64,000 bases of DNA. It comes from Antedon mediterranea. Lineage: Eukaryota > Animalia > Echinodermata. Numbering within the stretch: position 1 is the first letter of the stretch; each line of letters opens with the position of its first letter. The notes under the pieces were generated by a model. It worked only from the letters and a program-made list of their open reading frames with translations. It made no database searches and was not told the DNA's origin. Positions 26,201-38,900 of this stretch are shown in pieces. The DNA lies in NCBI RefSeq assembly GCF_964355755.1, contig NC_092670.1:28074388-28138387 (forward strand), read 5' to 3'. Made by a program: the position numbers and the translations under genes.

Positions 26201-29200
26201 TTCGAAATGCTCAAAATGGTCTAAAACGGTTTCTAATGTGATTTTAAGCACTTTGATGTTTTTATGTTAACAACTTTTTTAGAAAATTACAAAATGGTCT
26301 AAAACGTCTCCAAATGCGATTTGAAGCAATTCTAAGCACTTTGGTGTTTTTATGTTAACAAGTTTTTTCGAAAATCACAAAATGGTCTAAAACGTCTCCA
26401 AATGCGATTTGAAGCTATTCTGTACACTTTGCTGTTTTGTGTGAATAATTTTTGTTGAAATGCTCAAAATGGTCAAAAACGTTTTTAAATACGATATTAA
26501 GCTATTTTGTGCTCTTTGATGTTTTTGTGTGAAAAGTTTTATCGAAATGCTCAAAATGGTCTAAAACGGTTTCTAATGTGATTTTAAGCACTTTGGTGTT
26601 TTTATGTTAACAAGTTTTTTCGAAATTCACAAAATGGTCTAAAATGTCTCCAAATGCGATTTGAAGCTTTTCTAAGCACTTTGGTGTTTTTATGTTAACA
26701 AGTTTTTTCGAAAATCACAAAATGGTCTAAAACGTCTCCAAATGTGATTTGAAGCTATTCTAAACACTTTGGTGTTTTTATGTTAACAAGTTTTTTCGAA
26801 AATCACAAATTGGTCTAAAACGTCTCCAAATGCGATTTGAAGCTATTTTAAGCACTTTGGTGTTTTTGTGTAACCAAGTTTTTTCGAAAATCACAAAAGG
26901 GTCTAAAATGTCTCAAAATGCGATTTGAAGCTATTCTGTACACTTTGATGTTTTTTTGTTAACAAGTTTTTTCGAAAGTCACAAAATGGTCTAAAAAGTC
27001 TCCAAATGCGATTTGAAGCTATTCTAAGCACTTTGGTGTTTTTATGTTAACAAGTTTTATCGAAAATCACAAAATGGTGTAAAACGTCTCCAAATGCGAT
27101 TTGAAGCTATTCTAAGCACTTTGGTGTTTTTATGTTAACAAGTTTTTTCGAAAATCACAAAATGGTGTAAAACGTCTCCAAATGCGATTTTAAGCTATTC
27201 TAAGCAATTTGGTGTTTTTATGTTAACAAGTTTTTTCGAAAATCACAAAATGGTCTAAAACGTCTCCAAATGCGATTTGAAGCTATTCTGTACACTTTGC
27301 TGTTTTGTGAGAATAATTTTTGTCGAAATGCTCAAAATGGTCAAAAACGTTTTTAAATACGATATTAAGCTATTTTGTGCTCTTTGATGTTTTTGTGTGA
27401 AAAGTTTTATCGAAATGCTCAAAATGGTCTAAAACGGTTTCTAATGTGATTTTAAGCACTTTGATGTTTTTATGTTAACAACTTTTTTAGAAAATTACAA
27501 AATGGTGTAAAACGTCTCCAAATGCGATTTGAAGCTATTCTAAGCAATTTCGTGTTTTTATGTTAACAAGTTTTTTCGAAAATCACAAAATGGTCTAAAA
27601 CGTCTCCAAATGCGATTTGAAGCTATTCTAAGCACTTTTGTGTTTTTATGTTAACAAGTTTTTTCGAAAATCACAAAATGGTCTAAAATGTCTCCAAATG
27701 CGATTTTAAGGTATTCTAAGCACTTTGGTGTTTTTATGTTAACAAGTTTTTTCGAAAATCACAAAATGGTCTAAAACGTCTACAAATGCGATTTGAAGCT
27801 CTTCTAAGCACTTTGGTGTTTTTATGTTAACAAGTTTTTTCGAAAATCACAAAATGGTATAAAACGTCTCCAAATGCGATTTGAAGATTTTCTAAGCACT
27901 TTGGTGTTTTTATGTTTACAAGTTTTTTCGAAAATCACAAAATGGTCTAAAACGTCTCCAAATGCGATTTGAAGCTATTCTGTACACTTTGCTGTTTTGT
28001 GTGAATAATTTTGTCAAAATGCTCAAAATGGTCAAAAACGTTTTTAAATACTATATTAAGCTATTTTGTGTTCTTTGATGTTTTTGTGTGAAAAGTTTTA
28101 TCGAAATGCTCAAAATGGTCTAAAACGGTTTCTAATGAAATGATTTTAAGAACTTTGATGTTTTTATGTTAACAACTTTTTTAGAAAATCACAAAATGGT
28201 CTAAAACGTCTCCAAATGCGATTTGAAGCAATTCTAAGCACTTTGGTGTTTTTATGTTAACAAGTTTTTTCGAAAATCACAAAATGGTATAAAACGTCTC
28301 CAAATGCGATTTTAAGGTATTCTAAGCACTTTGGTGATTTTATGTTAACAAGTTTTTTCGAAAATCACAAAATGGTCTAAAACGTCTACAAATGCGATTT
28401 GAAGCTATTCTAAGCACTTTGGTGTTTTTATGTTAACAAGTTTTTTCGAAAATCACAAAATGGTATAAAACGTCTCCAAATGCGATTTTAAGCTATTCTA
28501 AGCAATTTGGTGTTTTTATGTTAACAAGTTTTTTCGAAAATCACAAAATGGTCGAAAATGTCACAAAATGCGATTTGAAGCTATTCTAAGCACTTTGGTG
28601 TTATTATGTTAACAAGTTTTTTCGAAAATCACAAATTGGTCTAAAACGTCTCCAAATGCGATTTGAAGCTATTTTAAGCACTTTGGTGTTTTTGTGTAAC
28701 CAAGTTTTTTCGAAAATCACAAAAGGGTCTAAAATGTCTCAAAATGCGATTTGAAGCTATTCTGTACACTTTGATGTTTTTTTGTTAACAAGTTTTTTCG
28801 AAAGTCACAAAATGGTCTAAAACGTCTCCAAATGCGATTTGAAGCTATTCTAAGCACTTTGGTGTTTTTATGTTAACAAGTTTTTTCGAAAATCACAAAA
28901 TGGTGTAAAACGTCTCCAAATGCGATTTGAAGCTATTCTAAGCACTTTGGTGTTTTTATGTTAACAAGTTTTTTCGAAAATCACAAAATGGTGTAAAACT
29001 TCTCCAAATACGATTTTAAGCTATTCTAAGCAATTTGGTGTTTTTATGTTAACAAGTTTTTTCGAAAATCACAAAATGGTCTAAAACGTCTCCAAATGCG
29101 ATTTGAAGCTATTCTGTACACTTTGCTGTTTTGTGTGAATAATTTTTGTTGAAATGCTCAAAATGGTCAAAAACGTTTTTAAATACTATATTAAGCTATT

Positions 29201-29941
29201 TTGTGTTCTTTGATGTTTTTGTGTGAAAAGTTTTATCGAAATGCTCAAAATGGTCTAAAACAGTTTCTAATGTGATTTTAAGCACTTTGATGTTTTTATG
29301 TTAACAACTTTTTTAGAAAATCACAAAATGGTCTAAAACGTCTCCAAATGCGATTTGAAGCAATTCTAAGCACTTTGGTGCTTTTATGTTAACAAGTTTT
29401 TTCGAAAATCACAAAATGGTATAAAACGTCTCCAAATGCGATTTGAAGCAATTCTAAGCACTTTGGTGTTTTTATGTTAACAAGTTTTTTCGAAAATCAC
29501 AAAATGGTATAAAACGTCTCCAAATGCGATTTTAAGGTATTCTAAGCACTTTGGTGTTTTATGTTAACAAGTTTTTTCGAAAATCACAAAATGGTCTAAA
29601 ACGTCTCCAAATGCGATTTGAAGCTATTCTGTACACTTTGCTGTTTTGTGTGAATAATTTTTGTCGAAATGCTCAAAATGGTCAAAAACGTTTTTAAATA
29701 CGATATTAAGCTATTTTGTGCTCTTTGATGTTTTTGTGTGAAAAGTTTTATCGAAATGCTCAAAATGGTCTAAAACGGTTTCTAATGTGATTTTAAGCAC
29801 TTTGATGTTTTTATGTTAACAACTTTTTTAGAAAATCACAAAATGGTCTAAAACGTCTCCAAATGCGATTTGAAGCAATTCTAAGCACTTTGGTGTTTTT
29901 ATGGTAACGAGTTTTTTTGAATATCACAAAATGGTCTAAAA
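17272..29941 (+). repeat. 6144-bp tandem duplication (two copies, about 71 monomers each)
   Basis: Rare variants recur at an exact 6144 offset: ggggtaaaa 17821/23965, attcaaaaca 19241/25385, gaagctcttc 21651/27795. The ends are approximate. Confidence 0.9.
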
Positions 29942-32900
29942 CGTCTCCAAATGCGATTTGAAGCTATTCTAAGCACTTTGGTGTTTTTATGTTAACAAGT
30001 TTTTTCGAAAATCACAAAATGGTGTAAAACGTCTCCAAATGCGATTTGAAGCTATTCTAAGCACTTTGGTGTTATTATGTTAACAAGTTTTTTCGAAAAT
30101 CACAAATTGGTCTAAAACGTCTCCAAATGCGATTTGAAGCTATTTTAAGCACTTTGGTGTTTTTGTGTAACCAAGTTTTTTCGAAAATCACAAAAGGGTC
30201 TAAAATGTCTCAAAATGCGATTTGAAGCTATTCTGTACACTTTGATGTTTTTTTGTTAACATGTCTCAAAATGCGATTTGAAGCTATTCTGTACACTTTG
30301 ATGTTTTTTTGTTAACAAGTTTTTTCGAAAGTCACAAAATGGTCTAAAACGTCTCCAAATGCGATTTGAAGCTATTCTAAGCACTTTGGTGTTTTTATGT
30401 TAACAAGTTTTTTCGAAAATCACAAAATGGTGTAAAACGTCTCCAAATGCGATTTGAAGCTATTCTAAGCACTTTGGTGTTTTTATGTTAACAAGTTTTT
30501 TCGAAAATCACAAAATGGTGTAAAACTTCTCCAAATACGATTTTAAGCTATTCTAAGCAATTTGGTGTTTTTATGTTAACAAGTTTTTTCGAAAATCACA
30601 AAATGGTCTAAAACGTCTCCAAATGCGATTTGAAGCTATTCTGTACACTTTGCTGTTTTGTGTGAATAATTTTTGTCAAAATGCTCAAAATGGTCAAAAA
30701 CGTTTTTAAATACTATATTAAGCTATTTTGTGTTCTTTGATGTTTTTGTGTGAAAAGTTTTATCGAAATGCTCAAAATGGTCTAAAACGGTTTCTAATGA
30801 AATGATTTTAAGAACTTTGATGTTTTTATGTTAACAACTTTTTTAGAAAATCACAAAATGGTCTAAAACGTCTCCAAATGCGATTTGAAGCAATTCTAAG
30901 CACTTTGGTGTTTTTATGTTAACAAGTTTTTTCGAAAATCACAAAATGGTATAAAACGTCTCCAAATGCGATTTTAAGGTATTCTAAGCACTTTGGTGTT
31001 TTTATGTTAACAAGTTTTTTCGAAAATCACAAAATGGTCTAAAACGTCTACAAATGCGATTTGAAGCTATTGTAAGCACTTTGGTGTTTTTATGTTAACA
31101 AGTTTTTTCGAAAATCACAAAATGGTCTAAAACGTCTCCAAATGCGATTTGAAGCTATTCTGTACACTTTGCTGTTTTGTGTGAATAATTTTTGTCGAAA
31201 TGCTCAAAGTGGTCAAAAACGTTTTTAAATACGATATTAAGCTATTTTGTGCTCTTTGATGTTTTTGTGTGAAAAGTTTTATCGAAATGCTCAAAATGGT
31301 CTAAAACGGTTTCTAATGTGATTTTAAGCACTTTGATGTTTTTATGTTAACAACTTTTTTAGAAAATCACAAAATGGTCTAAAACGTCTCCAAATGCGAT
31401 TTGAAGTAATTCTAAGCACTTTGGTGTTTTTATGGTAACGAGTTTTTTTGAATATCACAAAATGGTCTAAAATTTCTCCAAATGCGATTTGAAGCTTTTC
31501 TAAGCACTTTAGTGTTTTTATGGTAACGAGTTATTTCGAAAATCACAAAATGGTCTAAAACGTCTCCAAATGCGATTTGAAGCTATTCTGTACACTTTGC
31601 TGTTTTGTGTGAATATTTTTTGTCAAAATGCTCAAAATGGTCAAAAACGTTTTTTAATACTATATTAAGCTATTTTGTGCTCTTTGATGTTTTTGTGTGA
31701 AAAGTTTTATCGAAATGCTCAAAATGGTCTAAAACGGTTTCTAATGTGATTTTAAGCACTTTGATGTTTTTATGTTAACAACTTTTTTAGAAAATTACAA
31801 AATGGTGTAAAACGTCTCCAAATGCGATTTGAAGCTATTCTAAGCACTTTGGTGTTTTTATGGTAACGAGTTTTTTTGAATATCACAAAATGGTCTAAAA
31901 TGTCTCCAAATGCGATTTGAAGCTTTTCTAAGCACTTTGGTGTTTTTATGTTAACAAGTTTTTTCGAAAATCACAAAATGGTCTAAAACGTCTCCAAATG
32001 TGATTTGAAGCTATTCTAAACACTTTGGTGTTTTTATGTTAACAAGTTTTTTCGAAAATCACAAATTGGTCTAAAACGTCTCCAAATGCGATTTGAAGCT
32101 AGTTTAAGCACTTTGGTGTTTTTGTGTAACCAAGTTTTTTCGAAAATCACAAAAGGGTCTAAAATGTCTCAAAATGCGATTTGAAGCTATTCTGTACACT
32201 TTGATGTTTTTTTTGTTAACAAGTTTTTTCGAAAGTCACAAAATGGTCTAAAACGTCTCCAAATGCGATTTGAAGCTATTCTAAGCACTTTGGTGTTTTT
32301 ATGTTAACAAGTTTTTTCGAAAATCACAAAATGGTGTAAAACGTCTCCAAATGCGATTTGAAGCTATTCTAAGCAATTTGGTGTTTTTATGTTAACAAGT
32401 TTTTTCGAAAATCACAAAATGGTGTAAAACGTCTCCAAATGCGATTTTAAGCTATTCTAAGCAATTTGGTGTTCTTTTATGTTAACAAGTTTTTTCGAAA
32501 ATCACAAAATGGTCTAAAACGTCTCCAAATGCGATTTGAAGCTATTCTGTACACTTTGCTGTTTTGTGAGAATAATTTTTGTCGAAATGCTCAAAATGGT
32601 CAAAAACGTTTTTAAATACGATATTAAGCTATTTTGTGCTCTTTGATGTTTTTGTGTGAAAAGTTTTATCGAAATGCTCAAAATGGTCTAAAACGGTTTC
32701 TAATGTGATTTTAAGCACTTTGGTGTTTTTATGTTAACAAGTTTTTTCGAAAATCACAAAATGGTCTAAAACGTCTCCAAATGTGATTTGAAGCTATTCT
32801 AAACACTTTGGTGTTTTTATGTTAACAAGTTTTTTCGAAAATCACAAATTGGTCTAAAACGTCTCCAAATGCGATTTGAAGCTATTTTAAGCACTTTGGT

Positions 32901-35900
32901 GTTTTTGTGTAACCAAGTTTTTTCGAAAATCACAAAAGGGTCTAAAATGTCTCAAAATGCGATTTGAAGCTATTCTGTACACTTTGATGTTTTTTTGTTA
33001 ACAAGTTTTTTCGAAAGTCACAAAATGGTCTAAAACGTCTCCAAATGCGATTTGAAGCTATTCTAAGCACTTTGCTGTTTTGTGTGAATAATTTTTGTCG
33101 AAATGCTCAAAATGGTCAAAAACGTTTTTAAATACGATATTAAGCTATTTTGTGCTCTTTGATGTTTTTGTGTGAAAAGTTTTATCGAAATGCTCAAAAT
33201 GGTCTAAAACGGTTTCTAATGTGATTTTAAGCACTTTGATGTTTTTATGTTAACAACTTTTTTAGAAAATCACAAAATGGTCTAAAACGTCTCCAAATGC
33301 GATTTGAAGCAATTCTAAGCACTTTGGTGTTTTTATGGTAACGAGTTTTTTTGAATATCACAAAATGGTCTAAAATGTCTCCAAATGCGATTTGAAGCTT
33401 TTCTAAGCACTTTGGTGTTTTTATGTTAACAAGTTTTTTCGAAAATCACAAAATGGTCTAAAACGTCTCCAAATGCGATTTGAAGCTATTCTGTACACTT
33501 TGCTGTTTTGTGTGAATAATTTTTGTCGAAATGCTCAAAATGGTCAAAAACGTTTTTAAATACGATATTAAGCTATTTTGTGCTCTTTGATGTTTTTGTG
33601 TGAAAAGTTTTATCGAAATGCTCAAAATGGTCTAAAACGGTTTCTAATGTGATTTTAAGCACTTTGATGTTTTTATGTTAACAACTTTTTTAGAAAATCA
33701 CAAAATGGTCTAAAACGTCTCCAAATGCGATTTGAAGCAATTCTAAGCACTTTGGTGTTTTTATGGTAACGAGTTTTTTTGAATATCACAAAATGGTCTA
33801 AAATGTCTCCAAATGCGATTTGAAGCTTTTCTAAGCACTTTGGTGTTTTTATGGTAGCGAGTTATTTCGAAAATCACAAAATGGTCTAAAACGTCTCCAA
33901 ATGCGATTTGAAGCTATTCTAAGCACTTTTGTGTTTTTATGCTAACAAGTTTTTTCGAAAATCACAAAATTGTCTAAAATGTCTCCAAATGCGATTTTAA
34001 GGTATTCTAAGCACTTTGGTGTTTTTATGTTAACAAGTTTTTTCGAAAATCACAAAATGGTATAAAACGTCTCCAAATGCGATTTGAAGATTTTCTAAGG
34101 ACTTTGGTGATTTTATGTTTACAAGTTTTTTCGAAAATCACAAAATGGTCTAAAACGTCTCCAAATGCGATTTGAAGCTATTCTGTACACTTTGCTGTTT
34201 TGTGTGAATAATTTTTGTCGAAATGCTCAAAATGGTCAAAAACGTTTTTAAATACGATATTAAGCTATTTTGTGCTCTTTGATGTTTTTGTGTGAAAAGT
34301 TTTATCGAAATGCTCAAAATGGTCTAAAACGGTTTCTATTGTGATTTTAAGCACTTTGATGTTTTTATGGTAACGAGTTTTTTTGAATATCACAAAATGG
34401 TCTAAAATGTCTCCAAATGCGATTTGAAGCTTTTCTAAGCACTTTGGTGTTTTTATGTTAACAAGTTTTTTCGAAAATCACAAAATGGTCTAAAACGTCT
34501 CCAAATGCGATTTGAAGCTATTCTGTACACTTTGCTGTTTTGTGTGAATAATTTTTGTCGAAATGCTCAAAATGGTCAAAAACGTTTTTAAATACGATAT
34601 TAAGCTATTTTGTGCTCTTTGATGTTTTTGTGTGAAAAGTTTTATCGAAATGCTCAAAATGGTCTAAAACGGTTTCTAATGTGATTTTAAGCACTTTGAT
34701 GTTTTTATGTTAACAACTTTTTTAGAAAATCACAAAATGGTCTAAAACGTCTCCAAATGCGATTTGAAGCAATTCTAAGCACTTTGGTGTTTTTATGGTA
34801 ACGAGTTTTTTTGAATATCACAAAATGGTCTAAAATGTCTCCAAATGCGATTTGAAGCTTTTCTAAGCACTTTGGTGTTTTTATGGTAGCGAGTTATTTC
34901 GAAAATCACAAAATGGTCTAAAACGTCTCCAAATGCGATTTGAAGCTATTCTAAGCACTTTTGTGTTTTTATGCTAACAAGTTTTTTCGAAAATCACAAA
35001 ATTGTCTAAAATGTCTCCAAATGCGATTTTAAGGTATTCTAAGCACTTTGGTGTTTTTATGTTAACAAGTTTTTTCGAAAATCACAAAATGGTCTAAAAA
35101 GTCTACAAATGCGATTTGAAGCTATTCTAAGCACTTTGGTGTTTTTATGTTAACAAGTTTTTTCGAAAATCACAAAATGGTATAAAACGTCTCCAAATGC
35201 GATTTGAAGATTTTCTAAGGACTTTGGTGATTTTATGTTTACAAGTTTTTTCGAAAATCACAAAATGGTCTAAAACGTCTCCAAATGCGATTTGAAGCTA
35301 TTCTGTACACTTTGCTGTTTTGTGTGAATAATTTTTGTCGAAATGCTCAAAATGGTCAAAAACGTTTTTAAATACGATATTAAGCTATTTTGTGCTCTTT
35401 GATGTTTTTGTGTGAAAAGTTTTATCGAAATGCTCAAAATGGTCTAAAACGGTTTCTATTGTGATTTTAAGCACTTTGATGTTTTTATGTTAACAACTTT
35501 TTTAGAAAATTACAAAATGGTGTAAAACGTCTCCAAATGCGAATTGAAGCTATTCTAAGCAATTTGGTGTTTTTATGTTAACAAGTTTTTTCGAAAATCA
35601 CAAAATGGTCTAAAACGTCTCCAAATGCGATTTGAAGCTATTCTAAGCACTTTGGTGTTTTTATGTTAACAAGTTTTTTCCAAAATCACAAAATGTTATA
35701 AAACGTCTCTAAATGCGATTTTAAGGTATTTTAAGCACTTTGATGTTTTTATGTTAACGAGTTTTTTCGAAAATCACAAAATGGTCTAAAACGTCTCCAA
35801 ATGCGATTTGAAGCTATTCTAAGCACTTTGGTGTTTTTATGTTAACAAGTTTTTTCGAAAATCACAAAATGGTATAAAACGTCTCCAAATGCGATTTTAA

Positions 35901-38900
35901 GCTATTCTAAGTACTTTTGTGTTTTTATGTTAACAAGTTTTTTCGAAAATTACGAAATGGTCTAAAATGTCTCAAAATGCGATTTGAAGCTATTCTGTAC
36001 ACTTTGATGTTTTTATGTTAACAAGTTTTTCGAAAGTCACAAAATGGTCTAAAACGTCTCCAAATGCGATTTGAAGCTATTTTAAGCACTTTGGTGTTTT
36101 TGTGTAACCAAGTTTTTGTCGAAAATCACAAAAGGGTCTAAAATGTCTCAAAATGCGATTTGAAGCTATTCTGTACACTTTGATGTTTTTATGTTAACAA
36201 GTTTTTTCGAAAGTCACAAAATGGTCTAAAACGTATCCAAATGCTATTTGAAGCAATTCTAAGCACTTTGGTGTTTTTATGTTAACAAGTTTTTTCGAAA
36301 ATCACAAAATGGTCTAAAACGTCTCCAAATGCGATTTGAAGCTATTCTAAGCACTTTGGTGTTTTTATGTTAACAAGTTTTTTCGAAAATCACAAAATGG
36401 TATAAAACGTCTCCAAATGCGATTTTAAGGTATTCTAAGCACTTTGGTGTTTTTATGTTAACAAGTTTTTTCGAAAATCACAAAATGGTCTAAAACGTCT
36501 CCAAATGCGATTTGAAGCTATTCTAAGCACTTTGGTGTTTTTATGTTAACAAGTTTTTTCGAAAATCACAAAATGGTATAAAACGTTTCCAAATGCGATT
36601 TTAAGCTATTCTAAGCAATTTAGTGTTTTTATGTTAACAAGTTTTTTCGAAAATCACAAAATGGTCGAAAATGTCACAAAATGCGATTTGAAGCTATTCT
36701 AAGCCCTTTGGTGTTTTTATGTTAACAAGTTTTTTTGAAAATCACAAAATGGTCTAAAATGTCTCAAAATGCGATTTGAAGCTATTCTGTACACTTTGCT
36801 GTTTTGTGTGAATAATTTTTTTCGAAAATCACAAAATGGTGTAAAACGTCTCCAAATGTGATTTGAAGCTATTCTAAGCACTTTGGTGTTTTTATGTTAA
36901 CAAGTTTTTTCGAAAATCACAAAATGGTGTAAAACGTTTCCAAATGCGATTTTAAGCTATTCTAAACAATTTGTTGTTTTTATGTTAACAAGTTTTTTTC
37001 GAAAATCACAAAATGGTGTAAAACGTCTCCAAATGCGATTTGAAGCTATTCTAAGCACTTTGGTGTTTTTTTGTTAACAAGTTTTTTCGAAAATCACAAA
37101 ATGGTGTAAAACGTCTCCAAATGCGATTTTAAGCTATTCTAAGCAATTTGGTGTTTTTATGTTAACAAGTTTTTTCGAAAATCACAAAATGGTCTAAAAC
37201 GTCTCCAAATGCGATTTGAAGCTATTCTGTACACTTTGCTGTTTTGTGTGAATAATTTTTGTCGAAATGCTCAAAATGGTCAAAAACGTTTTTGAATACG
37301 ATATTAAGCTATTTTGTGCTCTTTGATGTTTTTGTGTGGTAAGTTTTATCGAAATGCTCAAAATGGTCTAAAACGGTTTCTAATGTGATTTTAAGCACTT
37401 TGATGTTTTTATGTTAACAACTTTTTTAGAAAATCACAAAATGGTCTAAAACGTCTCCAAATGCGATTTGAAGCAATTCTAAGCACTTTGGTGTTTTTAT
37501 GGTAACGAGTTTTTTTGAATATCACAAAATGGTCTAAAATGTCTCCAAATGCGATTTGAAGCTTTTCTAAGCACTTTGGTGTTTTTATGTTTACAAGTTT
37601 TTTCGAAAATCACAAAATGGTCTAAAACGGCTCCAAATGCAATTTGAAGCTATTTTAAGCACTTTGCTGTTTTGTGTGAATAATTTTTGTCAAAATGCTC
37701 AAAATGGTCAAAAACGTTTTTAAATACTATATTAAGCTATTTTGTGCTCTTTGATGTTTTTGTGTGAAAAGTTTTATCGAAATGCTCAAAATGGTCTAAA
37801 ACGGTTTCTAATGTGATTTTAAGCACTTTGATGTTTTTATGTTAACAACTTTTTTAGAAAATTACAAAATGGTGTAAAACGTCTCCAAATGCGATTTGAA
37901 GCTATTCTAAGCAATTTGGTGTTTTTATGTTAACAAGTTTTTTCGAAAATCACAAAATGGTCTAAAACGTCTCCAAATGCGATCTGAAGCTATTCTAAGC
38001 ACTTTTGTGTTTTTATGTTAACAAGTTTTCTCGAAAATCACAAAATGGTCTAAAATGTCTCCAAATGCGATTTGAAGCTTTTCTAAGCACTTTGGTGTTT
38101 TTATGTTTACAAGTTTTTTTCGAAAATCACAAAAGGGTCTAAAATTTCTCAAAATGCGATTTGAAGCTATTCTGTACACTTTGATGTTTTTATGTTAACA
38201 AGTTTTTTCGAAAGTCACAAAATGGTCTAAAACGTATCCAAATGCGATTTGAAGCTATTCTAAGCACTTTGGTGTTTTTATGTTAACAAGTTTTTTCGAA
38301 AATCACAAAATGGTGTAAAACGTCTCTAAATGCGATTTGAAGCTATTCTAAGCACTTTGGTGTTTTTATGTTAACAAGTTTTTTCGAAAATCACAAAATG
38401 GTATAAAACGTCTCCAAATGCGATTTTAAGGTATTTTAAGCACTTTGATGTTTTTATGTTAACGAGTTTTTTCGAAAATCACAAAATGGTCTAAAACGTC
38501 TCCAAATGCGATTTGAAACTATTTTAAGCACTTTGGTGTTTTTGTGTAACCAAGTTTTTTCGAAAATCACAAAAGGGTCTAAAATGTCTCCAAATGCGAT
38601 TTGAAGCTATTCTGTACACTTTGCTGTTTTTATGGTAATTTATTTCGAAAATCACAAAATGGTCGAAAATGTCACAAAATGCGATTTTAAGCTATTCTAA
38701 GCACTTTGGTGTTTTTATGTTAACAAGTTTTTTCGAAAATCACAAAATGGTCTAAAACGTCTCCAAATGCGATTTGAAGCTATTCTGTACACTTTGCTGT
38801 TTTGTGTGAATAATTTTTGTTGAAATGCTCAAAATGGTCAAAAACGTTTTTAAATACGATATTAAGCTATTTTGTGCTCTTTGATGTTTTTGTGTGAAAA

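Noticed and set aside
17272-29941. Period 6144 equals 6x1024, suggesting a computational or file artefact
   Set aside because: The length is fully explained by 9x252 + 44x88 plus small indels (net +4). It stays in monomer register and the copies differ slightly, so it is a coincidence.
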